From positions 1-14,490 of the forward strand of contig JBDKRC010000209.1 of assembly GCA_039683575.1 (NCBI GenBank): 14,490 nucleotides of DNA. The letters run 5' to 3'. This document shows positions 1 through 8,073 of the stretch, in pieces. Under the pieces are notes generated by a model. It made no database searches. It was not told the origin of the DNA and was given only the letters and a program-made list of their open reading frames with translations. Source of the stretch: Armatimonadia bacterium (lineage in GTDB: Bacteria; Armatimonadota; Zipacnadia; Zipacnadales; UBA11051). Every line of letters begins with the position of its first letter. Position 1 is the stretch's first letter. Made by a program: the position numbers and the translations under genes.

Positions 1-195
1 GTCCCGTCGTCCCGTCGTCCCGTCGTCCCGTCGTCCCGTCGTCCCGTCGTCCCGTCGTCCCGTCGTCCCGTCGTCCCGTCGTCCCGTCGTCCCGTCGTCC
101 CGTCGTTCGTCGTTCGTCGTTCGTCGTTCGTCGTTCGTCGTTCGTCGTTCGTCGTTCGTCGTTCGTCGTTCGCCGTTCGCCGTTCGCCGTTCGCC
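1..195. repeat. Compound tandem repeat: (GTCCCGTC)x13, (GTTCGTC)x9, (GTTCGCC)x4; probably truncated by the window start
   Basis: Read directly: 8-mer at 1-104, 7-mer at 105-167, variant 7-mer at 168-195, with no spacers. Confidence 0.95.
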
Positions 196-197
196 GT

Positions 198-222
198 GTG
201 GAGCGCGGGCATCCCTGCCCGC
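198..222 (+). repeat. REP-like palindrome (GTGGAGC-GCGGGCA-TCCC-TGCCCGC), followed by (TGCCGT)x3
   Basis: 7-bp perfect stem at 205-211/216-222. A near-identical copy lies on the - strand at 13099-13123. Confidence 0.75.
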
Positions 223-243
223 ATGCCGTTGCCGTTGCCGTCA

Positions 244-324
244 GGCCCGAAGGGCCGTCCGGCCTCTAGCCAGGGCCGCAAGGCCCTGGTGACAGACGCC
301 CAACCGCTAGAGCCCCGAAGGGGC
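244..324 (+). repeat. Three-hairpin REP/MITE-like element, copy A
   Basis: GGCCC-GAA-GGGCC (244-256); TAG then CCAGGGCC-GCAA-GGCCCTGG (267-289); GCCCC-GAA-GGGGC (312-324). The same architecture recurs at 6364-6448. Confidence 0.75.
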
Positions 325-367
325 GGCAGCCTCCTCTACGGAGCGGACTAACACAAGGACCAACTCA

Positions 368-919
368 ATGGCCCAGATCGCCGAGACGCCCTGCAGCACC
401 TGTCCCGGAAAGTGCTGCGACGAGCTTGCTGTCACGATCTCAGTGGTGGACGCCGCCCGCATAGTGCGCGCCCTGCACCTCTCCGTCTACGACCTCTTGG
501 CTCGGTACGTGGACGAGGATCCGCGCGAGAAGCCCTACGCGTTCATGATTCGCCGTCAGCCCATCGCGCTCGCCATGAACCCGCCCGGCAACAAGACCTG
601 CGGCTGCCCCTTCCTGCTGCAGGTCGGGGACGCCCGCCGCTGCGGCATCTACGATATCCGCCCCGGCACCTGCCGGGTCTACCCCTTCAGCCGTGAAAAG
701 ACGCGGGTCTACCACAAGAAGGGAACGCTATGTCCCAGGCGCTTCCGGACCGACGACGAGGAAGCCCGGCGCATTCATCAAGAGATCGATGAATACCAGC
801 GCCAGTGGAACATACATGCCGAATTCGCCCGCGAATGGAACGAAAACCCACCTCGCCATGCCTCCTTTGACAAGCTGCTGGACTTTGTCGAGGAGATCAT
901 CGAAGAGGGAAGAATCTAA
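368..919 (+). CDS. YkgJ/UPF0153-family cysteine-cluster protein (putative Fe-S or Zn binding)
   Basis: Motifs CSTCPGKCC, CPFL, CGIYDIRPGTCRVYPF and a later CP. AAGGA RBS lies just upstream of the ATG. Confidence 0.85.
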   Translation: MAQIAETPCSTCPGKCCDELAVTISVVDAARIVRALHLSVYDLLARYVDEDPREKPYAFMIRRQPIALAMNPPGNKTCGCPFLLQVGDARRCGIYDIRPGTCRVYPFSREKTRVYHKKGTLCPRRFRTDDEEARRIHQEIDEYQRQWNIHAEFAREWNENPPRHASFDKLLDFVEEIIEEGRI

Positions 920-944
920 TCTATTGTCGAAGACCTGAACGGTA

Positions 945-1054
945 GCCGGACTCTTGCTGCTGCCTGGGAACAGCATTCTCAACTGGATTGGGGGAACCTC
1001 ATACTGGTAGTCACGTGTTTGAGATGATGCCCTGCTGGCAATAACAGAGTCGGC
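945..1054 (+). other. Long imperfect hairpin in the intergenic region; possible structured leader or ncRNA
   Basis: Nested complementary blocks on one diagonal: GACTCT 949-954/AGAGTC 1046-1051, TGCC 961-964/GGCA 1037-1040, TCTCAA 977-982/TTGAGA 1019-1024. Confidence 0.35.
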
Positions 1055-1072
1055 CTGATTGAGGAAGCACCT

Positions 1073-3544
1073 GTGTGGCAATTGCACCAGCGGTGGCGAC
1101 TGCAGGACACTGAAGACACGCAGCAGCAGACCGAGGAAGTTCGTCTCGGCTCCTTCCGGCTGCGGCGCTTGCTGATTCTCGTCGTGACTCTGGCGATGGC
1201 CGTACTGGCCGGATACGCCGGAAGCCGTTACATTCGCCCCTTCAGCTACGCTGGAATTGGCCTTTCGGCCGTTGGTGGCGCCGCCCTCGCCCTGCTCGTA
1301 ATCATCATCCCCCGCCAGGCTTTGCGTGTACTGCGCCGCGGCTTTATCTTTACTGGCTTGGTTTTCAGGCGGCGGGCTCTGCGCCGTCTCGTGCGTCGGG
1401 AGCGAACCCAACTGTCCGGTGCGGCCGAGGAAATGCCCTCAGCGGCCCTTATGCGCGACCTCGCCGTGGGCGAATACCTCCGTGGCTCTGTCGAGACCGC
1501 TGAGATCGATCTCGCTCGCGGCCTTGAGCTGGATCCGGACAACGCCGACCTCCTCAACAACCTCGGCGTGACTCTCGCCGAGGGTGAGCAACACGACGAG
1601 GCCGCCTCTTTCTTCATCCGCGCGCTCAGCGGCGATAGCGCCGAAGACGCCGCCATAAACTGCGCACTGGTCGCTCCGCTGGTCTCCGATCCCGGCTGGC
1701 TGGAGCAGATGATGAACTCCGCCGGCACCCCCGCCCATGCCGTGGCACTCAACAACCTCGGTGCAGCCTACGCCCACCGCAACGACTGGGAGACCGCCAG
1801 CAGGTGCTTCGCTTCCGCCGCTGAACTGGCCCCGGACTTGCCCGCGGCACGCGCCAATCTTGGCCTCGTCGCCTACCAGGATCACGAACTGCAGCAGGCT
1901 GCAGACAGCATTATGCACGCCAACCGGCAGGCGCCCAATGAGCCGGATTTTGCGAATTACCTCGGTGTCATTCTCGCGGACGCCGGCCAGCCCGAGCAGG
2001 CGCGCGCCTTCATGCGACGCGCCCACCGCGTGGACCCTGCTGGGATCCACATCCGCATCAATAGCCTGGCCGTTGAGGCCCTCGGGGGACACTGGGGCTT
2101 GGCCCGCAAGGGCTTCCAGAGCCTGGTGAACGAAGATGACCACCGGGCCGACACTCTATACAATCTGGCGGTGACTGAACTCGCCACTCACGAGCCGGCC
2201 GCCGCTGCAACCTCCGCCGCCGCTGCCATCGCCGCCGGCGATACCAGCCCTGATGCCTACACAGTGCTTGCCGTGTCGCTATGGGAGACGGGACGGCGGG
2301 CCGAAGCACTTTCTCATTTCCAGTCCGCTGCTGCGTCGCCTGATGCCACTGCAGTCGAGCACAGCAATCTCACCCGTGCCTTGCTGCTGAACGGAGAGAT
2401 CGAAAAGGCCATCGCAGTCGTTCAGGCTGCCGCCCAGCGCTGGCCTGACGACCACAACCTCCAGTTCGATCTGGCCACCGCAACCGTCGGCCTCAGCGCC
2501 ACGCGCTTCCGCGAGGGCATGTCACCTGAACTCCGTGCCCCCCTGCTGGCCGCCATGCAGCGCTATCAGCCGATGCTCGAGGCCGTGATTGAGCGGCAGG
2601 CGGAACTCGCTCCCGAAGCACACGTCAACCTCGGACTGTACTACTACATGCAGGACCTGTTTGAGACTGCCGCGAGCCATTTCGAGGCCGCCCTGCGCCT
2701 GGTCCCCAAATCCCGGGAGCTTCAGTTCCTGGTTGGCACCGCTCTGGCCAGAGAAGGCGAAAAGCAGACTCATCGCACTGCAGACGGCGACACCGCACCC
2801 ACTGCCGTCGGGCGCAACTTCCTCCGCCGCTCCGTGCCCTTCCTGGAGACCGCTTGCGAGAGTCGTGAGGTGCTCTTGGAGGCAGGGCACAATCTGGGAC
2901 GCAGTCTCTACGCGCTCAAGGAGTATGACCGAGCCCTGGTTGCTTTCCGCCGGGTGCTCAAAACGGAGACTACCGAGGATCTGAACGTCCTCGCCGCCCT
3001 GGCCGCGGCACGGCAGGCCCAGAGAATTCAATTGCTCTTCAAAACACAGATCATGTCGGAACACAAACGGGAGCAATTGCGGTCAAGATCTCTGGAACTG
3101 CTCAACGTATCGGTCCATTACTTCCGCCAGGCCCTGCTCCGCAACGAGCTTGACCCCACCCTGCATGGCAACATCGGCATTGCGTACATGCTGCGGAACC
3201 GCCAAAATGACGTGGAAGCAGCCGTACGGCATTGGGAGAGAATGCGGGCCATCGGCGGTGGAGCCATGGCGCGCCGCTACGCCGAACTGGCGCAGATGGA
3301 GAACCTCGCCGACCCGAGCCGGGTCGGCTTCGACGACCGTAGCAGCAAGTTGCGGGGCATTGACGCTCTGCGCTGGCTGGCGGTTGCGCCCCCGCGCCCG
3401 TGCGGCGTGCGGTTTGTCATCGAACCGGTGGCAGTGCAGCAGCCATGGCGCCTTGTGGCCGGGACCGACCGTCTGCGCGTTGCGCTGGAGTACCGCGACC
3501 GCATCGCCGAGGCCGAGATGCGGCTGGCCAGGCTGCGAGTCTAG
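1073..3544 (+). CDS. Membrane-anchored tetratricopeptide-repeat (TPR) protein
   Basis: 823-aa ORF with a GTG start after GAGGAAG. Two N-terminal hydrophobic segments precede an Arg-rich stretch. Many TPR signatures are present (LELDPDNADLLNNLGVTL, ALNNLGAAY, AARANLGLVAY, AHVNLGLYY, LHGNIGIAY). Confidence 0.88.
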   Translation: MWQLHQRWRLQDTEDTQQQTEEVRLGSFRLRRLLILVVTLAMAVLAGYAGSRYIRPFSYAGIGLSAVGGAALALLVIIIPRQALRVLRRGFIFTGLVFRRRALRRLVRRERTQLSGAAEEMPSAALMRDLAVGEYLRGSVETAEIDLARGLELDPDNADLLNNLGVTLAEGEQHDEAASFFIRALSGDSAEDAAINCALVAPLVSDPGWLEQMMNSAGTPAHAVALNNLGAAYAHRNDWETASRCFASAAELAPDLPAARANLGLVAYQDHELQQAADSIMHANRQAPNEPDFANYLGVILADAGQPEQARAFMRRAHRVDPAGIHIRINSLAVEALGGHWGLARKGFQSLVNEDDHRADTLYNLAVTELATHEPAAAATSAAAAIAAGDTSPDAYTVLAVSLWETGRRAEALSHFQSAAASPDATAVEHSNLTRALLLNGEIEKAIAVVQAAAQRWPDDHNLQFDLATATVGLSATRFREGMSPELRAPLLAAMQRYQPMLEAVIERQAELAPEAHVNLGLYYYMQDLFETAASHFEAALRLVPKSRELQFLVGTALAREGEKQTHRTADGDTAPTAVGRNFLRRSVPFLETACESREVLLEAGHNLGRSLYALKEYDRALVAFRRVLKTETTEDLNVLAALAAARQAQRIQLLFKTQIMSEHKREQLRSRSLELLNVSVHYFRQALLRNELDPTLHGNIGIAYMLRNRQNDVEAAVRHWERMRAIGGGAMARRYAELAQMENLADPSRVGFDDRSSKLRGIDALRWLAVAPPRPCGVRFVIEPVAVQQPWRLVAGTDRLRVALEYRDRIAEAEMRLARLRV

Positions 3545-3615
3545 GCCTGCTTCTGCCCGGCCAGGAGCGCCTGCTCCGGGCTCTTGCCCCAACTCAAAGA
3601 CCTCTGAGGATGTAC

Positions 3616-6057
3616 ATGCGGAACGCGAGACGAACGGGTAAGCGTTTGCCCCAGGCGCCCACCGACAACGTGATGACCCTGCAGGTGGTCACAGCGGCCT
3701 TCGCCGCCCTGATGGGCCTGCTGGCGGTCTTCGAGGCTGCCAGGGCTGTCACCGGCGCCGGCAATGCCGCGGCGTCCTGGGCGGATACCCTGTTCTCGGT
3801 GGTGGCCGCCCTGATTGCCGTCGGCGCCGCCTGGCTTGCGCGACGCGGCAGCGCCAGTGCCGCCAGTTGGCTCCTCATCGTGACGGCCGCCTTGCGCGTT
3901 GCCGTCGCCGCCGGTGTCACCGCTCCGGCCTCCTACCAGTTCATCTGGCCCTTCTACCTGATCCCCATAGTCATCGCCCAGGTGCTTCTAGGCAGTCGTG
4001 CCGGCGTCCTCACCGCGCTCGGCGCTGGCGTCATGTTCGTCTTCACCTACAATGCCCTCAGTGGCTCGCCGGAGATTGCCGGGGACCTCGGCCCCGCCGT
4101 CCTCAGCGCCAGTCTGCTCTACATCCTGGTCGGAGTGCTTGTCCACATCGCCATCAGCAAGATGGCGCAGGCTCTGCACCGGTCTGCGAAGCTCGTCTCC
4201 TCACACGAGCGGGCACGCACCGAGCTTCGCGAACGCGAGGAGCAGTTCCGCGCCCTCGCCGAAAGCTCCGCCACCGGGATTGTGATCCACCAGGACGGGC
4301 GCCTTGTCTATGGCAATCCGCATTTCTTCGACATGGCACAGTGTCCGAGCGATGACTGCTTCGGTCTTTCGCTCTGGGACTTCTTTGACAAGGCCGACGT
4401 TGAGCGAATCCAGCAGCAGCTTGCCCGCCGCCGCCTCGGCAGGGCACAGCGCGTTGAGCCTACCCTGGTAATCTTCAATCCGCTCAAAGCCGGGCGCCGC
4501 TGGTGTGAGGTGGCGGTGGCCGAGGCCGAGTTCTGGCAGAAGCCGGCGATCGTAGCCAATCTGCTCGATGTGACCGAACGCGTGGAGGCACAGCTTGAGG
4601 TGCAGCGCGAGCGTGACTTCTCCAACAACATCATCAACAATGCCGACGCGGTCATCATGGTTGTGGATGCCGAGGGCAGACTGCTGCTGCTGAACCCGGC
4701 CGGGCAGCGCCTCACCGGCTACACCGTCGAAGGGATCGGCCAGCAGGCCTTCTGGGAAGTGCTATGCCCTGAGGAAACGCGGGCGGGGACGCGGCGCCTC
4801 TTCTTCGACGCCAAGGCCGGCGGTCAAATGGGGCAGTCTGAAGGCCCCTGGCTCACCCGGAGCGGAGACGAAGTCACCATCGCCTGGCGCTATGTGGCCC
4901 AGTACGACTCGCAGCGCGAACTCGCCACCATCGTCGCGGTCGGCATTGACGTCACCCAGCAGCGCATGCTTGAGCGGCAGGCCACCGTCACGGAGCGCCT
5001 GCGCTCACTCGGACAGGTAGCCGGGGGCGTTGCCCATGACCTCAACAACATGCTTGCCGGCATCATGGGGCCGACCGACCTGCTGCTCCTGGAGGAAAGT
5101 GACCCCGGCCGCGAGCGGGCTCTTAAGGCCATAATGGCGGCCGCTACCCGCGGGGCCGAAACGGTCCGCCGCATTCAGAGCTTCTCCAAGGCCCGTACCG
5201 AGCTTGACCGCCAGGTCTTCGATCTGCGCGAGCTTGCTGAGGACGTCATCTTCTCCCTGCGGCCGCGCTGGCGTGATTGGGCGCAAAAGCAGGGCATTCG
5301 CATCAACGTGCGTGACGAGGTCCCTGCCGGCATCACCGTTCACGCCAGTGCCGGTGAGATCGGCAACGTATTGATGAACCTGATCGTGAACGCCTGCGAG
5401 GCGATGGAAGAAGATGGCGAGATCGTCGTGACCGGCCGGCAGGACGGCAAGCTCATCAAGTTCCAGGTGCGCGACACCGGCAGCGGTATGCCGCAAGAGA
5501 CGATGGAGAACATCTTCCAGCCCTTCTACAGCACCAAGGGCGCAGACAATTCCGGGCTTGGTCTCGCAGTGATCCATGGCATCATCCTGCGACACGGGGG
5601 CTCAATCACCGTCGATTCCGTGATTGGCGAAGGTACCACCTTCAATATCACGCTACCGGCGAGTGAAGAGGCCATCTCACCTTCCACAGCGCCCCACGGA
5701 TCACGCTCGACCGCCGAGATGCGCATCCTCGTGGTGGATGACGTGCCTGACATCGCCGACTACATCCGCGCCATAGCCCGGCGCGACGGCCATTCCGCCG
5801 AATCCTGCTACAGTGGTGAAGAGGCGCTGACGCATCTTGAGGCCGAGTCCTATGACCTGCTGGTCACCGACTACGGCATGGAAGGCATCTCAGGCATCGC
5901 GCTGGCCGAGAAGGCCCGGCTGCTGTACCCGGATATCAAGATTGCCCTCGTCACAGGGTGGGATGTGTCGGAAGATGAGGTGCAGGGGCTGGATGCTGTA
6001 CTGAAAAAGCCCTGCACCCGCGGGCAGATCCAGCAGATGTTCGACGACGTAGGCTAA
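3616..6057 (+). CDS. Membrane-bound hybrid sensor histidine kinase (TM region, 2 PAS, HisKA, HATPase, REC)
   Basis: H-box AHDLNNMLAGI, N-box NLIVNACEAM, G1 DTGSGM, F-box IFQPFYSTK and G2 SGLGLAV. Receiver motifs ILVVDD, DLLVTDYGM and KP. PAS-like segments end in DVTER and DVTQQ. Start moved from 3400 to ATG 3616 because GAGGA lies at 3606-3610 and this removes the overlap with the TPR gene. Confidence 0.93.
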   Translation: MRNARRTGKRLPQAPTDNVMTLQVVTAAFAALMGLLAVFEAARAVTGAGNAAASWADTLFSVVAALIAVGAAWLARRGSASAASWLLIVTAALRVAVAAGVTAPASYQFIWPFYLIPIVIAQVLLGSRAGVLTALGAGVMFVFTYNALSGSPEIAGDLGPAVLSASLLYILVGVLVHIAISKMAQALHRSAKLVSSHERARTELREREEQFRALAESSATGIVIHQDGRLVYGNPHFFDMAQCPSDDCFGLSLWDFFDKADVERIQQQLARRRLGRAQRVEPTLVIFNPLKAGRRWCEVAVAEAEFWQKPAIVANLLDVTERVEAQLEVQRERDFSNNIINNADAVIMVVDAEGRLLLLNPAGQRLTGYTVEGIGQQAFWEVLCPEETRAGTRRLFFDAKAGGQMGQSEGPWLTRSGDEVTIAWRYVAQYDSQRELATIVAVGIDVTQQRMLERQATVTERLRSLGQVAGGVAHDLNNMLAGIMGPTDLLLLEESDPGRERALKAIMAAATRGAETVRRIQSFSKARTELDRQVFDLRELAEDVIFSLRPRWRDWAQKQGIRINVRDEVPAGITVHASAGEIGNVLMNLIVNACEAMEEDGEIVVTGRQDGKLIKFQVRDTGSGMPQETMENIFQPFYSTKGADNSGLGLAVIHGIILRHGGSITVDSVIGEGTTFNITLPASEEAISPSTAPHGSRSTAEMRILVVDDVPDIADYIRAIARRDGHSAESCYSGEEALTHLEAESYDLLVTDYGMEGISGIALAEKARLLYPDIKIALVTGWDVSEDEVQGLDAVLKKPCTRGQIQQMFDDVG

Positions 6058-6139
6058 CCCCCTACCCGTCGGCAGGACCGCTCCCCCAGCGATCATCCCC
6101 GATCGCCCCAAGGCCGCCAAAAGCCCGCCACCACCCGAC

Positions 6140-6265
6140 CTGCGACCGCCCTGCGACAGCCCTGCGACCGCCCTGCGACCGCCCTGCGACCCCCCTGCGA
6201 CAGCCCTGCGACCGCCCAGCGACCGCCCTGCGACCGCCCTGCGACCGCCCTGCGACCGCCCTGCG
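6140..6265. repeat. 11-bp tandem repeat (CTGCGACCGCC) x11 plus a partial unit
   Basis: Units start at 6140, 6151 ... 6250. Four carry single substitutions (CTGCGACAGCC twice, CTGCGACCCCC, CAGCGACCGCC). Confidence 0.95.
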
Positions 6266-6292
6266 CGGCACGGTGGCCCACCGCCAGCCCTC

Positions 6293-6319
6293 TGTCATTC
6301 TGAGCGAAGCGAAGAATCC
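6293..6319 (+). repeat. TGTCATTCTGAGCGAAGCGAAGAATC-type palindromic repeat (single half-copy)
   Basis: ATTCT...AGAAT stem around GCGAAGC. From memory it matches a widespread (C/T)GTC-tagged repeat family often found near GIY-YIG nuclease genes. Confidence 0.6.
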
Positions 6320-6363
6320 CCCGCCGGCTCCCGTCGCCTCCCCCTACCTCACTCTCTGCCGCC

Positions 6364-6448
6364 TGACCCCGAAGGGGTCACCGACCATAGCCAGGGGTGG
6401 AACCCCTGGAACCGTCCCGCGCCTTCTTCCCTGACCCCAACGGGGTCA
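6364..6448 (+). repeat. Three-hairpin REP/MITE-like element, copy B
   Basis: TGACCCC-GAA-GGGGTCA (6364-6380); TAG then CCAGGGGT-GGA-ACCCCTGG (6388-6409); TGACCCC-AAC-GGGGTCA (6432-6448). It lies between convergent genes. Confidence 0.78.
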
Positions 6449-6459
6449 CCCGCCGTCAG

Positions 6460-7716
6460 CTACTCCCACACACCATCCGCCACACTCCGCACAATCTCCG
6501 TCCACCGCCGCAGCCTCTCCGGCTCCCCTTCCACCGTCTCCACATCCTTCAAGAACACATGCAACCTGCACCCTCGGGCGCTCTGCAGCCCGTCCCCGAT
6601 GATCCTTCGCACCTTCTCCTCATTGAACTCCCCACACACCATGTCGGTCGGATTAGGCCGCCACGAGATGGCATAGTCGGTGCCGATCTGCTCGGCGCAC
6701 TCCCCCAGATTGGCCACCGGCGTCACGGCGATGCTCCGCAAGCTTGGCGCCTGCCGCAGCATGTCGATCTTCTTCGTCAGGTCCTCGCAGCACCCGTAGT
6801 GCGTCAGCCCGTAGTTCGCCATCAGCGGCAGTTGGTACTGGTACAGGAACTCGTCATGGAATCTGGGGCTGATGAGCGTGTACTCCTGTGCGGCGAAGAA
6901 TCCCCACAGGTCCTTGCGGCGGCGCGGCCCGGAGTTGGCCCTGGGGTCCTCAAGCTCCTCGGCAAAGGGCATCGCCTGATTGTGGGAGCAGGTGAGTGAG
7001 AAATGCCCTGCCTCCTCCGCCTGCTGCTGGTTGCGCAGGATGCCATCGCGCATGAAGGCCAGCAGGTTGTGAAGCTCACGCGGGCTGTCATGCATGTCCA
7101 TCATAAGCTGCTCCAGCCCCCGCAGGGCCGAGAGCGAGGTCGAGATGTCGCCGGAGAAGCCTGTGAGCAGCGGGCAGCGCGAGACATCAATCTCGATCAG
7201 ATCCCCGACAGCGTCCTGAAGCCGCGCCAGATTCCTCGCCGTTGCCTCCTCATCCACCACATGCTCTGGTGCTACCAGTTTCTCGACGTCGTCCCAGGTC
7301 TTCAAGGGCGGCCGGCTCTTGAACGCTCCCCCGTCCATCCCAGTAGTATCCCGCGTCTCCGATACCCCCCAGAGCCCCGAGAATCCACTACCTGCCACTG
7401 GCTTGCTTGCTCCCAGTGTTAGCCACGGCTGGGCGACATAGTCATCACCGACCTCGCGGTGGAAGAGCGCGATCCGTAACGTCCTTTCATATTCTCGATA
7501 GAAGGGGTCCTGGCACCTCATGTTGGCGTCGCCGAAGGTCTTGCGGCACCACATGTTCCACATGCCATAGATGATCAAGACTGGTGGCCGGGTGGGCTTG
7601 AGACTATGGTGCGCCCGCCAGAGATTGCGGCGTTCATCTTGGATCGGATCGAGGGCAAAATCGAGGTAGTCCTTCACCAGATCACGGAGGATTGAAAGGT
7701 CAGAAGTGTGGTCCAT
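6460..7716 (-). CDS. Conserved hypothetical protein, distant URO-D/MtaA-CmuA-like TIM barrel (HYGCCE subgroup)
   Basis: Motifs LRGLEQLMMDM, LISPRFHDEF, HYGCCEDL, SWRPNP and LKDVET. Start placed at ATG 7716, which follows a GAGGT RBS. Confidence 0.72.
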   Translation of the reverse strand: MDHTSDLSILRDLVKDYLDFALDPIQDERRNLWRAHHSLKPTRPPVLIIYGMWNMWCRKTFGDANMRCQDPFYREYERTLRIALFHREVGDDYVAQPWLTLGASKPVAGSGFSGLWGVSETRDTTGMDGGAFKSRPPLKTWDDVEKLVAPEHVVDEEATARNLARLQDAVGDLIEIDVSRCPLLTGFSGDISTSLSALRGLEQLMMDMHDSPRELHNLLAFMRDGILRNQQQAEEAGHFSLTCSHNQAMPFAEELEDPRANSGPRRRKDLWGFFAAQEYTLISPRFHDEFLYQYQLPLMANYGLTHYGCCEDLTKKIDMLRQAPSLRSIAVTPVANLGECAEQIGTDYAISWRPNPTDMVCGEFNEEKVRRIIGDGLQSARGCRLHVFLKDVETVEGEPERLRRWTEIVRSVADGVWE

Positions 7717-7770
7717 AAGCAACCTCGGCGACAATCATTGCTGTAATTCTTGAATGAACGAAAAACGCGA

Positions 7771-7812
7771 AAATGGCTGAGAAGCACCTCTGCGGGCCTC
7801 TCAGGGCCATTT
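7771..7812 (-). terminator. Possible intrinsic terminator or attenuator hairpin
   Basis: The minus strand reads AAATGGC-CC-TGAGAGGC-loop-GCTTCTCA-GCCATTT, followed by TCGCGTTTTT. Confidence 0.35.
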
Positions 7813-8010
7813 GTATGTGAATCAGTTTTTTGGGGGCCGCCTACGGGCCGGAAAAGGCACTATTCAACGAAAACCTTAAATAGTCCAGAAGCCACACAGC
7901 AGCCCTTTACAGGCCCGTAGCCCCGATTCGCTGCTGTCTCACGACGAAATTGACAAGCAACGAGCCTCGGCCCTGAAGATAGCGCAAATGACTCCTTTTG
8001 CGCAACAAGT

Positions 8011-8046
8011 TGGGCCGAACCGCCAGGAAAAGGCGCGTTCGGCCCA
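8011..8046 (-). terminator. Strong hairpin downstream of the prepilin-type gene; possible terminator or RNA-stabilising stem
   Basis: TGGGCCGAAC/GTTCGGCCCA 10-bp stem plus an inner CGCC/GGCG, about 27 nt after the stop codon. The U-tract is weak. Confidence 0.45.
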
Positions 8047-8073
8047 TGAGATTCCTCTTCGCGACGGTCATTT

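Noticed and set aside
1-195. CRISPR array
   Set aside because: Contiguous 7-8-nt units with no unique spacers, and no cas genes.
3554-3584. Terminator between the TPR and kinase genes
   Set aside because: Only a 6-bp GC stem with a long loop and a poor U-tract, which is expected by chance at this GC content.
728-3592. Alternative-frame and antisense ORFs over the YkgJ-type and TPR genes
   Set aside because: They overlap well-supported genes, which is typical of high-GC shadow ORFs.
3400-3615. N-terminal extension of the kinase ORF
   Set aside because: It overlaps the TPR gene's 3' end, and a better RBS and ATG lie at 3606-3618.
6062-6298. Small minus-strand ORFs with RRAVAGRSQG repeats
   Set aside because: These are translations of the 11-bp tandem array, which is stop-free, and they have no RBS.
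7950-7980. Sigma-70 promoter from TTGACA
   Set aside because: There is no credible -10 box at 16-18 nt and no + strand gene downstream.
7735-8073. Firm oriC, dif or known riboswitch call
   Set aside because: There are no consensus DnaA boxes, dif or parS sites, or recognisable aptamer cores.
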